From: a virus | Length of the DNA: 45,009 bases | Virus genome (UHGV): UHGV-0208172 | Reading direction: 5' to 3' (one strand) | In this document: one piece after another, positions 17,590 to 24,991 of the stretch | Layout: every line of letters begins with the position of its first letter | How positions within the stretch are numbered: the stretch's first letter is position 1 | Notes under the pieces: generated by a model | Databases searched by the model: none | What the model was told of the DNA's origin: nothing | Seen by the model: the letters and a program-made list of their open reading frames with translations, nothing else | Position numbers and translations under genes: made by a program

Positions 17590-17840
17590 TTCACGTTCTC
17601 CTTAATCCACGCTTCCACTTTCTCCGGGTCAAACGTACCGGGCTGACGGCGGCCCATAATGCGGATACAACAATCCGGGAACTTCCCACTCTTTAACCAG
17701 TTATTAAGCGTGCGGCGAGTAACCCCGATACGCTCAGCTACTTCATTCTGTGTCATCTTTAATCTCCTTAATTGTTTCACGCGCGAACGCTGTAGCTGTG
17801 CCGTATTTATTGGGGCAGTATCTGCTCTCATTATGCCCAC
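17586..17840 (-). CDS. AlpA/excisionase-like (MerR-superfamily) HTH DNA-binding protein
   Basis: RIGVTRRTLNNWLKSGKFPD ... EAWI pattern typical of AlpA-family regulators; strong RBS AAGGAG before ATG at 17756; true start ambiguous between 17756 and 17840. Confidence 0.65.
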   Translation of the reverse strand: MGIMRADTAPINTAQLQRSRVKQLRRLKMTQNEVAERIGVTRRTLNNWLKSGKFPDCCIRIMGRRQPGTFDPEKVEAWIKENVK

Positions 17841-17895
17841 TAAACCACGCTTCTATTAGCAACTCTTTCAACTGTTCTTCTGTCAAAGTAACCAT
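17743..17895 (-). CDS. small hypothetical protein (about 50 aa), first gene after leftward promoter
   Basis: ATG at 17895 with GAGGG RBS; frame conflict with long form of the HTH gene. Confidence 0.3.
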   Translation of the reverse strand: MVTLTEEQLKELLIEAWFSGHNESRYCPNKYGTATAFARETIKEIKDDTE

Positions 17896-17927
17896 TCTCA
17901 AACCCTCATTATCAGTTAACGAAGCCA

Positions 17928-17956
17928 AGTATACATTGCGAATAATGGGAAATCAA
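17928..17956 (-). promoter_or_regulatory. putative leftward early promoter (TTGATT-N17-TATACT)
   Basis: Hexamers with 17-nt spacer at the head of the leftward operon. Confidence 0.45.
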
Positions 17957-17971
17957 ACATAATCACACCTA

Positions 17972-18000
17972 TTGACATTACGAAAATCTTCGTTTAAGGT
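17972..18000 (+). promoter_or_regulatory. putative rightward promoter (TTGACA-N17-TAAGGT) in divergent control region
   Basis: Consensus -35 with 17-nt spacer and TAnnnT -10. Confidence 0.4.
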
Positions 18001-18144
18001 GCTTCTATATCTTAGTTACTTTGATTCCTGTTCACCTTGTAATACCCGCTTGAAACGCAGCGGCGCACCAGCGCCAGCGAAGTGTTAAGCGGCAGATTAC
18101 TGAACATATGAATTATAGTAACTTCCCTTCCTAAGTATCTCCTG

Positions 18145-18228
18145 TTGCCCTGGGCAAGCTCTATTCTCATCGGCAGCATATCTTTTAAGCCACTGATAAT
18201 TAAAAGTTTCTATAGTTGCCGTGGGCAA
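18145..18228. promoter_or_regulatory. pair of 13-bp palindromes TTGCC-N3-GGCAA (18145-18157, 18216-18228), putative operator sites
   Basis: TTGCCCTGGGCAA and TTGCCGTGGGCAA, centres 71 bp apart, in the 455-bp divergent non-coding region. Confidence 0.45.
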
Positions 18229-18331
18229 TGATGAGAGTACTTCACTCCGCTGGGGTGGGCTAACGCCCACCCTCTGCGTTGCGTACTCTTTTAAGAAATG
18301 AAAGAATCACAACGGCAACGTAACTATTCTC

Positions 18332-18360
18332 TTGCACACCCCAACATAATAGGATACTAT
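18332..18360 (+). promoter_or_regulatory. sigma70-like early promoter (class A: TTGCAC-N17-TACTAT) with conserved leader
   Basis: TTGCAC ACCCCAACATAATAGGA TACTAT TCACTTACCGAAACGAGA...GAGGAG; near-identical copies at 19738, 30714-30742 (-) and 40437-40465 (-). Confidence 0.6.
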
Positions 18361-18385
18361 TCACTTACCGAAACGAGACAGAGGA

Positions 18386-18586
18386 GTGAGGGTTATGTTT
18401 AAGAAGGGTCAGTTGGTTAAAACGATGTACGGTAGCTTAGGTATTATTGAAAAGAAATCGACAGTGTACCGAAGTTCTTATGTCGTTAGCTTACTCAGGG
18501 AGCACGGGTTAAGTTCCGCGGCGTATTACCGAGAGTATGAAATGAAACTAATTGGCAACAATTTTAAATTCAAAGGGGCGAAGTGA
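18386..18586 (+). CDS. hypothetical early protein (likely start ATG 18395, 63 aa)
   Basis: First ORF after class A promoter; RBS GAGGAG. Confidence 0.5.
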   Translation: MRVMFKKGQLVKTMYGSLGIIEKKSTVYRSSYVVSLLREHGLSSAAYYREYEMKLIGNNFKFKGAK

Positions 18587-18789
18587 TGGAAGAATTATTT
18601 GAAGAACTTAAACATCATAAACTGGAGAGGGTGCATTTCCAGGTAAATAGATACGAGGTTATTTTGCTAGATGGCCCGACTATTTCTTCCGGGACATGTG
18701 AGCTCTTGCTAAAAGTTTTACGTGCACTACGAACGGCATCGAATCATGATGCTCGCGCCGACGACTCTGAGGGAGGTTGCCGTGAATAA
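18583..18789 (+). CDS. hypothetical early protein
   Basis: Overlapping start/stop with upstream ORF. Confidence 0.45.
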   Translation: MMEELFEELKHHKLERVHFQVNRYEVILLDGPTISSGTCELLLKVLRALRTASNHDARADDSEGGCRE

Positions 18790-18837
18790 TTACCCGTTTA
18801 TTTTAATCATCAGCGCAGTTTATGTGGTGCACGCGTT

Positions 18838-19071
18838 GTGGGGGCTGATATGAGAAAACACATAATCAAGGTAGACCATCTGGACGGGGCTAAATTGCCG
18901 ACAAATAAAGTGGAAACGTGGTGCGGGGCCGCCCCGTCATACGGTGAATGGCTGTTCCAGGACGCTCAACACGCTTTATACGCTGTAGAAAACGGATTCA
19001 GGCAAGAGCCTTGCGCCCAGTGTTTATCAGCTATCATCCAGGTAGCAAGTCGGGCATTAAGCGAGGACTAA
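18838..19071 (+). CDS. hypothetical early protein (likely start ATG 18850)
   Basis: ORF in tandem early array. Confidence 0.45.
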   Translation: MGADMRKHIIKVDHLDGAKLPTNKVETWCGAAPSYGEWLFQDAQHALYAVENGFRQEPCAQCLSAIIQVASRALSED

Positions 19072-19074
19072 GTT

Positions 19075-19218
19075 ATGAGAGAAGCATTCGAACGGTGGGC
19101 CGTAGTCGAGGGTCTGCCCGTTAACAAGGGTTCGAAGAAAGAGTACCTGAACGTTAAGACGCGTCTCGCGTGGCGGGCGTGGAAAGCTGGTGTGTTGTCT
19201 GTTGCGAATCCGAGGTGA
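19075..19218 (+). CDS. small hypothetical protein (47 aa)
   Basis: ATG with GAGGA RBS; fills gap between track ORFs; MREAFERWAVVEGLP... Confidence 0.35.
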   Translation: MREAFERWAVVEGLPVNKGSKKEYLNVKTRLAWRAWKAGVLSVANPR

Positions 19219-19221
19219 TTT

Positions 19222-19431
19222 ATGGGTGAGTGGATTAAGTGTAGTGAGCGGATGCCGGAAGAAGGTGAGGACGTACTTGTTTACGACGACTTAAGACAAG
19301 TCCACGAGGGTTACTATCTCCGATATGGAGATTATGTTAGTTGGGAGATTCATTCGTACGACTCATCCTATTACGATGAGGCTAACGTAACGCACTGGAT
19401 GCCGTTACCCGAGCCGCCATCGCTGGCGTAA
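19222..19431 (+). CDS. DUF551-like phage protein
   Basis: 69 aa; W...PE...VLVYD...VTHWMPLPEPP pattern characteristic of DUF551. Confidence 0.6.
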   Translation: MGEWIKCSERMPEEGEDVLVYDDLRQVHEGYYLRYGDYVSWEIHSYDSSYYDEANVTHWMPLPEPPSLA

Positions 19432-19556
19432 CAGGTCAATAGGTTACTATTTGGCTTTGTGACTTACGCTGCTACACAGCAGCGTATCATTTTTCTCATT
19501 TTTGTTCTATTTCACCAAACGCAACAATCGAAGCGACTATTGCAGGAGATGCAACA

Positions 19557-19730
19557 ATGATTACTAAAGAACAGGCCGAACGACTAATCACGTTAATCGA
19601 CACGATGATTGATGCGAAAACCGATTCAGCAACGGCAACAGAGGAATCCGCTACCTGGGCGATTGAAGAAAGAGAAGCAGAAGCGGAGCGCGCGTTACTG
19701 TCGTTCATTGATTCTATAACACACCAATAA
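19557..19730 (+). CDS. small hypothetical protein (57 aa)
   Basis: ATG with AGGAG RBS; preferred over low-complexity antisense ORF 19496..19708. Confidence 0.4.
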   Translation: MITKEQAERLITLIDTMIDAKTDSATATEESATWAIEEREAEAERALLSFIDSITHQ

Positions 19731-19737
19731 AATTTAC

Positions 19738-19766
19738 TTGCACACTGGGATAGAATAGACTACTAT
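19738..19766 (+). promoter_or_regulatory. sigma70-like early promoter (class A: TTGCAC-N17-TACTAT)
   Basis: TTGCAC ACTGGGATAGAATAGAC TACTAT TCATTTACACGAACGAGAGGAG. Confidence 0.55.
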
Positions 19767-19797
19767 TCATTTACACGAACGAGAGGAGAGGCTGAAG

Positions 19798-20259
19798 ATG
19801 AGTAATAAAAACGAAGTATTCGAGTACCTGATTGACCAACTACGGCAGCAGGTAAACAACAACCCATACAAGCAACAGTGCGAAGACCTGGCGCGTGAGG
19901 TGCAGTCACTTAAGAATCAGTTACGGGATGCTTCGGCGCAGCTTAAGGAACTAACCTGTGCGCTGGATTGCGCTGAAAACGAGGTTATGTGTCTTCGTTC
20001 AGTCGTTGACCTGGACCCTAAAGGCGCGATTGGGTACATCCGGCGGGCAAATAGTGCAATGACTGACACCATGCGCCGCCAATACCTTAGCAAAGCACTT
20101 GAGGAACTCGGATGTAAGGATGTGCCTGAGCAATCCGGTTGCCGCAGGGAAGATACACAGGAGTGCGAACACGAATGGAGGGTAGTGCATTACTCAGCAG
20201 GGTTAGAGACGAATAAATGCCGGCTTTGTGGGGCTGAAAAAGAGGTTCGCTACAAATGA
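19798..20259 (+). CDS. hypothetical protein with N-terminal coiled-coil and C-terminal Cys/His-rich region
   Basis: 153 aa; C-terminal CEHEW...CRLCG possible zinc-binding motif. Confidence 0.55.
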   Translation: MSNKNEVFEYLIDQLRQQVNNNPYKQQCEDLAREVQSLKNQLRDASAQLKELTCALDCAENEVMCLRSVVDLDPKGAIGYIRRANSAMTDTMRRQYLSKALEELGCKDVPEQSGCRREDTQECEHEWRVVHYSAGLETNKCRLCGAEKEVRYK

Positions 20260-20459
20260 CCAGCATCTTATTTATATGGGTACTGTCAGCGGGCCAGATG
20301 CAACTAGCGGCATCGGAAACGTTTTACTCGATGGAGGCGTGCCAGTCAGCGGCACGCGCCGCAGAGAACGCGCACTTCCTGTTCCAGGGTGACAAGCCCA
20401 ACGATTCAGAGGTACGTGCTATCTGCTCACCTAAGCGACTTGGTAAACAGGAGAAGTGA
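20256..20459 (+). CDS. small protein with hydrophobic N-terminal signal/TM segment
   Basis: 67 aa; ATGA coupling; MTSILFIWVLSAGQMQLAA. Confidence 0.45.
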   Translation: MTSILFIWVLSAGQMQLAASETFYSMEACQSAARAAENAHFLFQGDKPNDSEVRAICSPKRLGKQEK

Positions 20460-20710
20460 TTATGATTAAACTATACGCAGAGCGCGATTTAGAAATGCTC
20501 GACATGGCTAACAATTACTATTCAAGACATGTGATGGCCGTGACAGAGGAAGGGTTAAACAGTAAATCATCTATCGCCGCGGAGTTGGCGTACCGTGACT
20601 GGATTATTGATGAACAGCAAAAAGAGTTACAGAAATACAAAGACCAGTTCCCGGATTACGTAGAGTGCGCGAACTGTGGGTCAGTTACACATGTGGAAGG
20701 GGTGGAGTGA
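20456..20710 (+). CDS. hypothetical protein
   Basis: 84 aa; overlapping start/stop with neighbours. Confidence 0.45.
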   Translation: MIMIKLYAERDLEMLDMANNYYSRHVMAVTEEGLNSKSSIAAELAYRDWIIDEQQKELQKYKDQFPDYVECANCGSVTHVEGVE

Positions 20711-21015
20711 TGATTGACGTATATATCTATTGGAGCGGGATAGCTTTTAATTTTACCCTTGCCGCTGGGGTTCTTTGGTTGCTTTGGCGCTGGGTGCTGT
20801 TCCCTGCCGTAGAAGCGGCAAGCATGGTGCGGTACTACCGAAGAATCGGAAAAGTGCACGGGATTAAAGTGCACAACTGGTTCAGGCTCTTCCTCGCTAA
20901 CTACGAATTGTTTGGGCGCACGTTCACAGCGCAGCGGTGCGCCTACGGCCACTGGGAAGGGGTAGGGCGTTGGGAGGTATTTCCTGCGGAGGCTGAAAAT
21001 GAGCCTTGCAACTGA
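20665..21015 (+). CDS. hypothetical membrane protein (likely start ATG 20710)
   Basis: One predicted TM helix IAFNFTLAAGVLWLLWRWVLF. Confidence 0.45.
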   Translation: MRELWVSYTCGRGGVMIDVYIYWSGIAFNFTLAAGVLWLLWRWVLFPAVEAASMVRYYRRIGKVHGIKVHNWFRLFLANYELFGRTFTAQRCAYGHWEGVGRWEVFPAEAENEPCN

Positions 21016-21292
21016 CATCCTGAAACGAAGCGGCCTTGCGCCGCTGTCGCCGAGAGCTAAAACACAGATATGCAAGCGCAGGGGTAACGCGCTGTACCTT
21101 GAAATTCAGGCCAGGCGCAAAGCGGTCCGCGCCTGTGGATTCCAGAACGGGAAGGCCGTGAATCTCGGTGAGTTTAAGACACAGGAACGCGCCACAATCG
21201 CAAACCGGTTATTTAATTACTGGAAATCGCTGGGGTATGATGATATTCCGACGAAACCACAGAGACGACAGTACATCTGGAGACACAAATGA
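20999..21292 (+). CDS. basic hypothetical protein, possible nucleic-acid binding
   Basis: 97 aa, Arg/Lys-rich; RBS GGAGG; directly upstream of HslV-like gene. Confidence 0.5.
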   Translation: MSLATDILKRSGLAPLSPRAKTQICKRRGNALYLEIQARRKAVRACGFQNGKAVNLGEFKTQERATIANRLFNYWKSLGYDDIPTKPQRRQYIWRHK

Positions 21293-21729
21293 CTACTATC
21301 GCATTTGACGGAAAGACAATGGCCTGTGACACCCGTGTTGTGTGCGGGAGTAACTGTTACAACACAGACACTAAGATATACGAGAATGATTTCGCTGTTA
21401 TTGGTGTGGCTGGTGATGCGGGGGTTGGAATCCTTTTAGTGAAGGACGATAGTATTTTAGTGCCTAAGCATTACGACTTCGATTTCGAAGCCCTGGTGTT
21501 CGTGAAAGACACAGAAAAGGTGTACAAAGTCGCGTTTTATAAATCATGGGATTGTGCTCTTAGTTCGGTTATTCCGATTGCGGACAGTTTTGCCGCCGTT
21601 GGTTCCGGTTCGCCTTATGCACTGGCGGCTATGGAATGCGAATATTCGGCACATGGTGGCGTAGCCGTTGCATCGAAGTTCGACACTAACACCGGTGGCA
21701 AGATTATTACCAAACAACTATTAGGATAA
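21289..21729 (+). CDS. proteasome beta-subunit / HslV-like N-terminal nucleophile hydrolase
   Basis: 146 aa; N-terminus MTTIAF (Thr2 as potential nucleophile), conserved Lys region, GSGS..ALAAME near C-terminus as in HslV/proteasome beta. Confidence 0.65.
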   Translation: MTTIAFDGKTMACDTRVVCGSNCYNTDTKIYENDFAVIGVAGDAGVGILLVKDDSILVPKHYDFDFEALVFVKDTEKVYKVAFYKSWDCALSSVIPIADSFAAVGSGSPYALAAMECEYSAHGGVAVASKFDTNTGGKIITKQLLG

Positions 21730-21788
21730 TTCCTAACCGTGCTATCCTCCAGTTACTGCATACTTAATACGCACCTGGAGGATTCATC

Positions 21789-22097
21789 TTGGATAAATTT
21801 ACTGAAACAGTGACAGGCTGGCTTCTGGCTGCCGCACTAGCCGGTGGGGTAATCGGGCTAAGGCAACATAAGTCCTCTATTTCCGGCCCTATCGACGGAT
21901 TCTGCTTTATAGCAACCGGCTTCACCTGCGCCGTATTTGGCGCACCTCTTGCCGCTCAATGGTTCGGTATTACCGGCGAACGTGAAATCGCCGGCCTCGG
22001 CTTCATTATCGCTATTCTCTGGATGCCTATCTATTCCCGCCTCTCCGGTATCGTCGCCGGAGAATACATCTCACGTCAAGGAGGCACAGATGAATGA
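21789..22097 (+). CDS. holin (three predicted TM helices), TTG start
   Basis: 102 aa; GGAGGA RBS 8 nt before TTG; hydrophobic segments; immediately upstream of endolysin. Confidence 0.6.
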   Translation: MDKFTETVTGWLLAAALAGGVIGLRQHKSSISGPIDGFCFIATGFTCAVFGAPLAAQWFGITGEREIAGLGFIIAILWMPIYSRLSGIVAGEYISRQGGTDE

Positions 22098-22362
22098 GTT
22101 ATTCTGGTTCGGCGGTATGCTGGCAATCGGAGGCACATCGCTGTTTAATGTATACCACCCCAGCGTTGACGACGGACTATTTGGCCGGGTGCTCTATATC
22201 CTGACCGCTATCGTCTGCGCTGCCGGGTGTATCCACCTGTTACAGGGCGGCATGTCACCGACGCTGCCTGAGACGTTAATCACATTAGTTGCGCTGCGCC
22301 AGATTCGTCAGGCGTGGCTGTCATACGGAGGACATAAGCGTGTCTCGAAACATTTCAGATAA
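22090..22362 (+). CDS. second holin-like / antiholin-like membrane protein
   Basis: 90 aa from ATG 22090 with RBS AGGAGG; two predicted TM helices; overlaps both neighbours. Confidence 0.5.
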   Translation: MNELFWFGGMLAIGGTSLFNVYHPSVDDGLFGRVLYILTAIVCAAGCIHLLQGGMSPTLPETLITLVALRQIRQAWLSYGGHKRVSKHFR

Positions 22363-22828
22363 TGGATTGCATTTCACCGCCACGTTCGAGGGATTCCGCG
22401 GAACTGCGTATCGCGCTACGCCGAACGAGAAGTACCTGACTATTGGCTATGGTCACTACGGGCCTGACGTAACACCAGGTAAGACCATCACACCAGGTCA
22501 AGGTCTCCTGTTACTGAATCGCGATATGGCTAAGGCCGTAGCTGCGGTTGACGCTGCAGCACACCATTCATTGACACAGGCGCAGTTCGATGCAGTGTGC
22601 GACCTGGTGTATAACGCGGGTGCTGGTGTGATTGCGGCTACTACCGGAACCGGTAAGGCGTTGCGTTCCGGTGACATCGCGACGCTGCGGGCTAAACTGG
22701 CACTGTTCATCAATCAGAACGGCAAACCGTTACTCGGCCTGCGCCGCCGTACCGCAGGACGTCTGGCGCTGTTCGACGGTAAACCGTGGCAGGAGGCAGA
22801 GGCTATTGGTCGCGCGGTGAAAGGTTGA
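22340..22828 (+). CDS. endolysin, GH24 lysozyme
   Basis: FEGFRGTAYR ... TIGYGHYG lysozyme signature; GTG start at 22340 with GGAGGA RBS (track ORF starts at upstream TTG 22289). Confidence 0.85.
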   Translation: MSRNISDNGLHFTATFEGFRGTAYRATPNEKYLTIGYGHYGPDVTPGKTITPGQGLLLLNRDMAKAVAAVDAAAHHSLTQAQFDAVCDLVYNAGAGVIAATTGTGKALRSGDIATLRAKLALFINQNGKPLLGLRRRTAGRLALFDGKPWQEAEAIGRAVKG

Positions 22829-22892
22829 CACCTGAGACTAATCCGACGATACTTAAATCACCTCCTGTTCCATCCCTCTGCTCTCCAGTTTT

Positions 22893-22926
22893 ATCCCGGC
22901 CCTGACCCAGCCGGGATTTTTTTTTT
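22893..22926 (+). terminator. strong rho-independent terminator after the lysis genes
   Basis: TCCCGGC-CCTGACCCA-GCCGGGA hairpin followed by T10. Confidence 0.8.
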
Positions 22927-22948
22927 ATCTATTTTCTGTAATGACTAG

Positions 22949-22977
22949 TTGACTATTACTCTCGACCCTACTATATT
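22949..22977 (+). promoter_or_regulatory. sigma70-like promoter (TTGACT-N17-TATATT) with ACGAGA leader
   Basis: TTGACT ATTACTCTCGACCCTAC TATATT then CGACAACGAGAACGGAG before ATG 23014. Confidence 0.5.
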
Positions 22978-23013
22978 TACTCCATCGACAACGAGAACGG
23001 AGTAGAGAGAGAA

Positions 23014-23202
23014 ATGATGACTAAGATTAAGCATACCGATAACTGGGGCGATTTCATGGAGATAGAGAAGTGCCGGGACGGGACATTACTTATAACTTGT
23101 ACAGACGGAGATAGCGACGAATCGGTTAGTGTTAACGTGAGTATGGATGATTTTATGATTATTGTTGGGCAAGTGGCGTCTTTTTACGGAGATGATAAAT
23201 GA
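23014..23202 (+). CDS. hypothetical acidic protein (62 aa)
   Basis: First ORF after promoter at 22949. Confidence 0.45.
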   Translation: MMTKIKHTDNWGDFMEIEKCRDGTLLITCTDGDSDESVSVNVSMDDFMIIVGQVASFYGDDK

Positions 23203-23348
23203 AAATCACAGATATTGAAGCATTCGAAGATGCACAACTGATGGCTCGCATCGCCATTAATAACCTGAGCGACAATATCCCGGCGGACGCGTTCTGGGCC
23301 GCTGCGATGCGGGCACTGAAAGCAGCTTATGCAGGAGAGAAGAAATGA
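23199..23348 (+). CDS. small hypothetical protein (49 aa)
   Basis: ATGA-coupled ORF below track cut-off; MKITDIEAFEDAQLMARIA... Confidence 0.35.
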   Translation: MKITDIEAFEDAQLMARIAINNLSDNIPADAFWAAAMRALKAAYAGEKK

Positions 23349-23503
23349 GCGAGTCAGAAGGAAATATCACAACACCATCCGCCGGGAAGAAAGTCAACCG
23401 CACCCCGTTCCCGACACGCGAGGAACTGATGAAACGTAACAGTTTCCCCGGGCCGGACAAGAACAAATATCTCAATCGCATGTGGGGAGAGCGTAAAGAA
23501 TGA
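23345..23503 (+). CDS. small hypothetical protein (52 aa)
   Basis: ATGA-coupled ORF; MSESEGNITTPSAGKK... Confidence 0.35.
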   Translation: MSESEGNITTPSAGKKVNRTPFPTREELMKRNSFPGPDKNKYLNRMWGERKE

Positions 23504-23673
23504 CTAACAACGAATACGAGAAACTTAGCGTCGAATCCGCGACCGGTGAATCTGAAATAGCATGGATTGACACCAACATTGAGCACCACTTACGGCAAGT
23601 AGACATCCTTATGGAACGCCGCCGTGAACTTATTAACCGCTTTAACCTGAACAAAGGTGACGCCAATGCCTAA
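23500..23673 (+). CDS. small hypothetical protein (57 aa)
   Basis: ATGA-coupled ORF; MTNNEYEKLSVESATGESEIAWIDT... Confidence 0.35.
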   Translation: MTNNEYEKLSVESATGESEIAWIDTNIEHHLRQVDILMERRRELINRFNLNKGDANA

Positions 23674-23818
23674 AATCACAATCACATCGCTCGAGCGCCG
23701 TATTCTGGGGCTTGAGTCGGAGAAACAGACGTTAGGCGGGCAACTATCAATTAACGGTGAGTTTCAACTGGAGGCGTTTAAGTTGCTGCTTGAGCGCATG
23801 AAGAATGAAAGCGCTTAA
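23666..23818 (+). CDS. small hypothetical protein (50 aa)
   Basis: Overlapping-start ORF; MPKITITSLERRILGLESEKQ... Confidence 0.35.
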   Translation: MPKITITSLERRILGLESEKQTLGGQLSINGEFQLEAFKLLLERMKNESA

Positions 23819-23987
23819 GCCGGTAGTTATTGATGGCGTCCTGTGGAAACCCTACTCGGTTAATCACATCGACGCCGACGGGAAGAAGTTCAGCTTCTAC
23901 ATTTTTGCAATTAGCCGTGAGCACGCGGCCTGTGTGGTCGACGATATACGTGAGACGGCGTGGCTTGGTGATGAGATAGTGGGGTGA
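23805..23987 (+). CDS. hypothetical protein (60 aa)
   Basis: Track ORF in tandem small-gene array. Confidence 0.4.
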   Translation: MKALKPVVIDGVLWKPYSVNHIDADGKKFSFYIFAISREHAACVVDDIRETAWLGDEIVG

Positions 23988-23991
23988 GAGT

Positions 23992-24252
23992 ATGGAACAG
24001 ATTGAGCAACTCAAGATGGACAACAAAGACCTTAAGAAGGCGCTGGATAAGATGAACGGTAAATATTCAAAAGCAACTCAGGAGCTGACCGCGGCGAAAC
24101 TGGAAGTTGAACACTTAGTTCGTGTACGCAACATGCTAGAGAAAGAAAAAATTTCACGTAGCCAGAAAATGCGAACAGACACAAAAATATCAATGTTAAT
24201 TGGTATCGTGGTTGGAATGTTAATTATGTGGGGTGTTGGATATGTTCAGTGA
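23992..24252 (+). CDS. coiled-coil protein with C-terminal TM anchor
   Basis: 86 aa; heptad-like N-terminus, C-terminal ISMLIGIVVGMLIMWGVGYV. Confidence 0.5.
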   Translation: MEQIEQLKMDNKDLKKALDKMNGKYSKATQELTAAKLEVEHLVRVRNMLEKEKISRSQKMRTDTKISMLIGIVVGMLIMWGVGYVQ

Positions 24253-24394
24253 CATTAACGCAGCAATCGAAGAAGCAATCTGGCGACGTTACAACGGCAC
24301 TTCTGCCTGGTACAACGCGGTAATATGGTCGCCGTGGTGCAGGACCGCGATAACAAATATCCGAATGCGATGTGGACAACGAGGAATTTCTTAG
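24242..24394 (+). CDS. small hypothetical protein (50 aa), weak
   Basis: Only + frame open between neighbouring ORFs; Trp/Cys-rich, low plausibility. Confidence 0.25.
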   Translation: MFSDINAAIEEAIWRRYNGTSAWYNAVIWSPWCRTAITNIRMRCGQRGIS

Positions 24395-24632
24395 GATGAT
24401 TACCAGCATTCCGAACCTGATTAAAGAATTTGGCACGATGGCGGAGACATGCCGGCAAACCGGTATCAACGAAATGACGATTGCCAAGTACAGTAAAGAC
24501 GTTGATTGTGAGCGCCATGTAATTTATAACAATCGTCTGATGACGCACGTTAAGACAAGCCCGGTGTTATTCACGCGCCGGGGTATCACTAAAACAGAGC
24601 AACGCATTGCTAAAAAGGAGAGCGGGGAATGA
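24372..24632 (+). CDS. putative HTH DNA-binding protein (likely start ATG 24396)
   Basis: HTH-like segment AETCRQTGINEMTIAKYSK. Confidence 0.5.
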   Translation: MDNEEFLRMITSIPNLIKEFGTMAETCRQTGINEMTIAKYSKDVDCERHVIYNNRLMTHVKTSPVLFTRRGITKTEQRIAKKESGE

Positions 24633-24811
24633 TTGAGATTTTGAGAGCTGCAAATGCCGCTGGCGACCTGGTGTTTTGGCTGGCCTTTCTCGGTGTGCTG
24701 ATAAAACAACCGACTTTGTTTAACAGTCTTCCCCGATATCTGTGGTGGCCTATGTTTTTAGGCATGGGTGTATCGGGCGTGGCGGGCATCCTGTTGTGGT
24801 TTTTCAAATGA
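24629..24811 (+). CDS. small membrane protein (two TM helices)
   Basis: 60 aa; ATGA coupling; two hydrophobic helices. Confidence 0.45.
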   Translation: MIEILRAANAAGDLVFWLAFLGVLIKQPTLFNSLPRYLWWPMFLGMGVSGVAGILLWFFK

Positions 24812-24912
24812 GACTACTAATCATACCTAACGCATGGGCTATTGCCGTAGCTAACGACCATTACGGCGGCGATGGTAAAAGAGCACCACGACACGGCCTA
24901 TATAACTGATAC

Positions 24913-24934
24913 AAGCCCTCTACGGAGGGCTTTT
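24913..24934 (+). terminator. rho-independent terminator after early region
   Basis: GCCCTC-TACG-GAGGGC hairpin followed by TTTTCT. Confidence 0.6.
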
Positions 24935-24991
24935 CTGTACATCCCGCCCAATCCCCTTATATAATCCATTTAGACGCGTAGGGCGCGTCTG

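Noticed and set aside
17930-18385. Possible tRNA or protein gene in the 455-bp divergent intergenic region
   Set aside because: No T-loop/anticodon-arm-like structure and only very short ORFs (under 12 codons); interpreted as a regulatory region instead.
19496-19708. 70-aa - strand ORF in the rightward early region
   Set aside because: Low-complexity Ser/Ala/Val-rich translation, opposite orientation to the operon; a + strand ORF (19557..19730) with a good RBS explains the region better.
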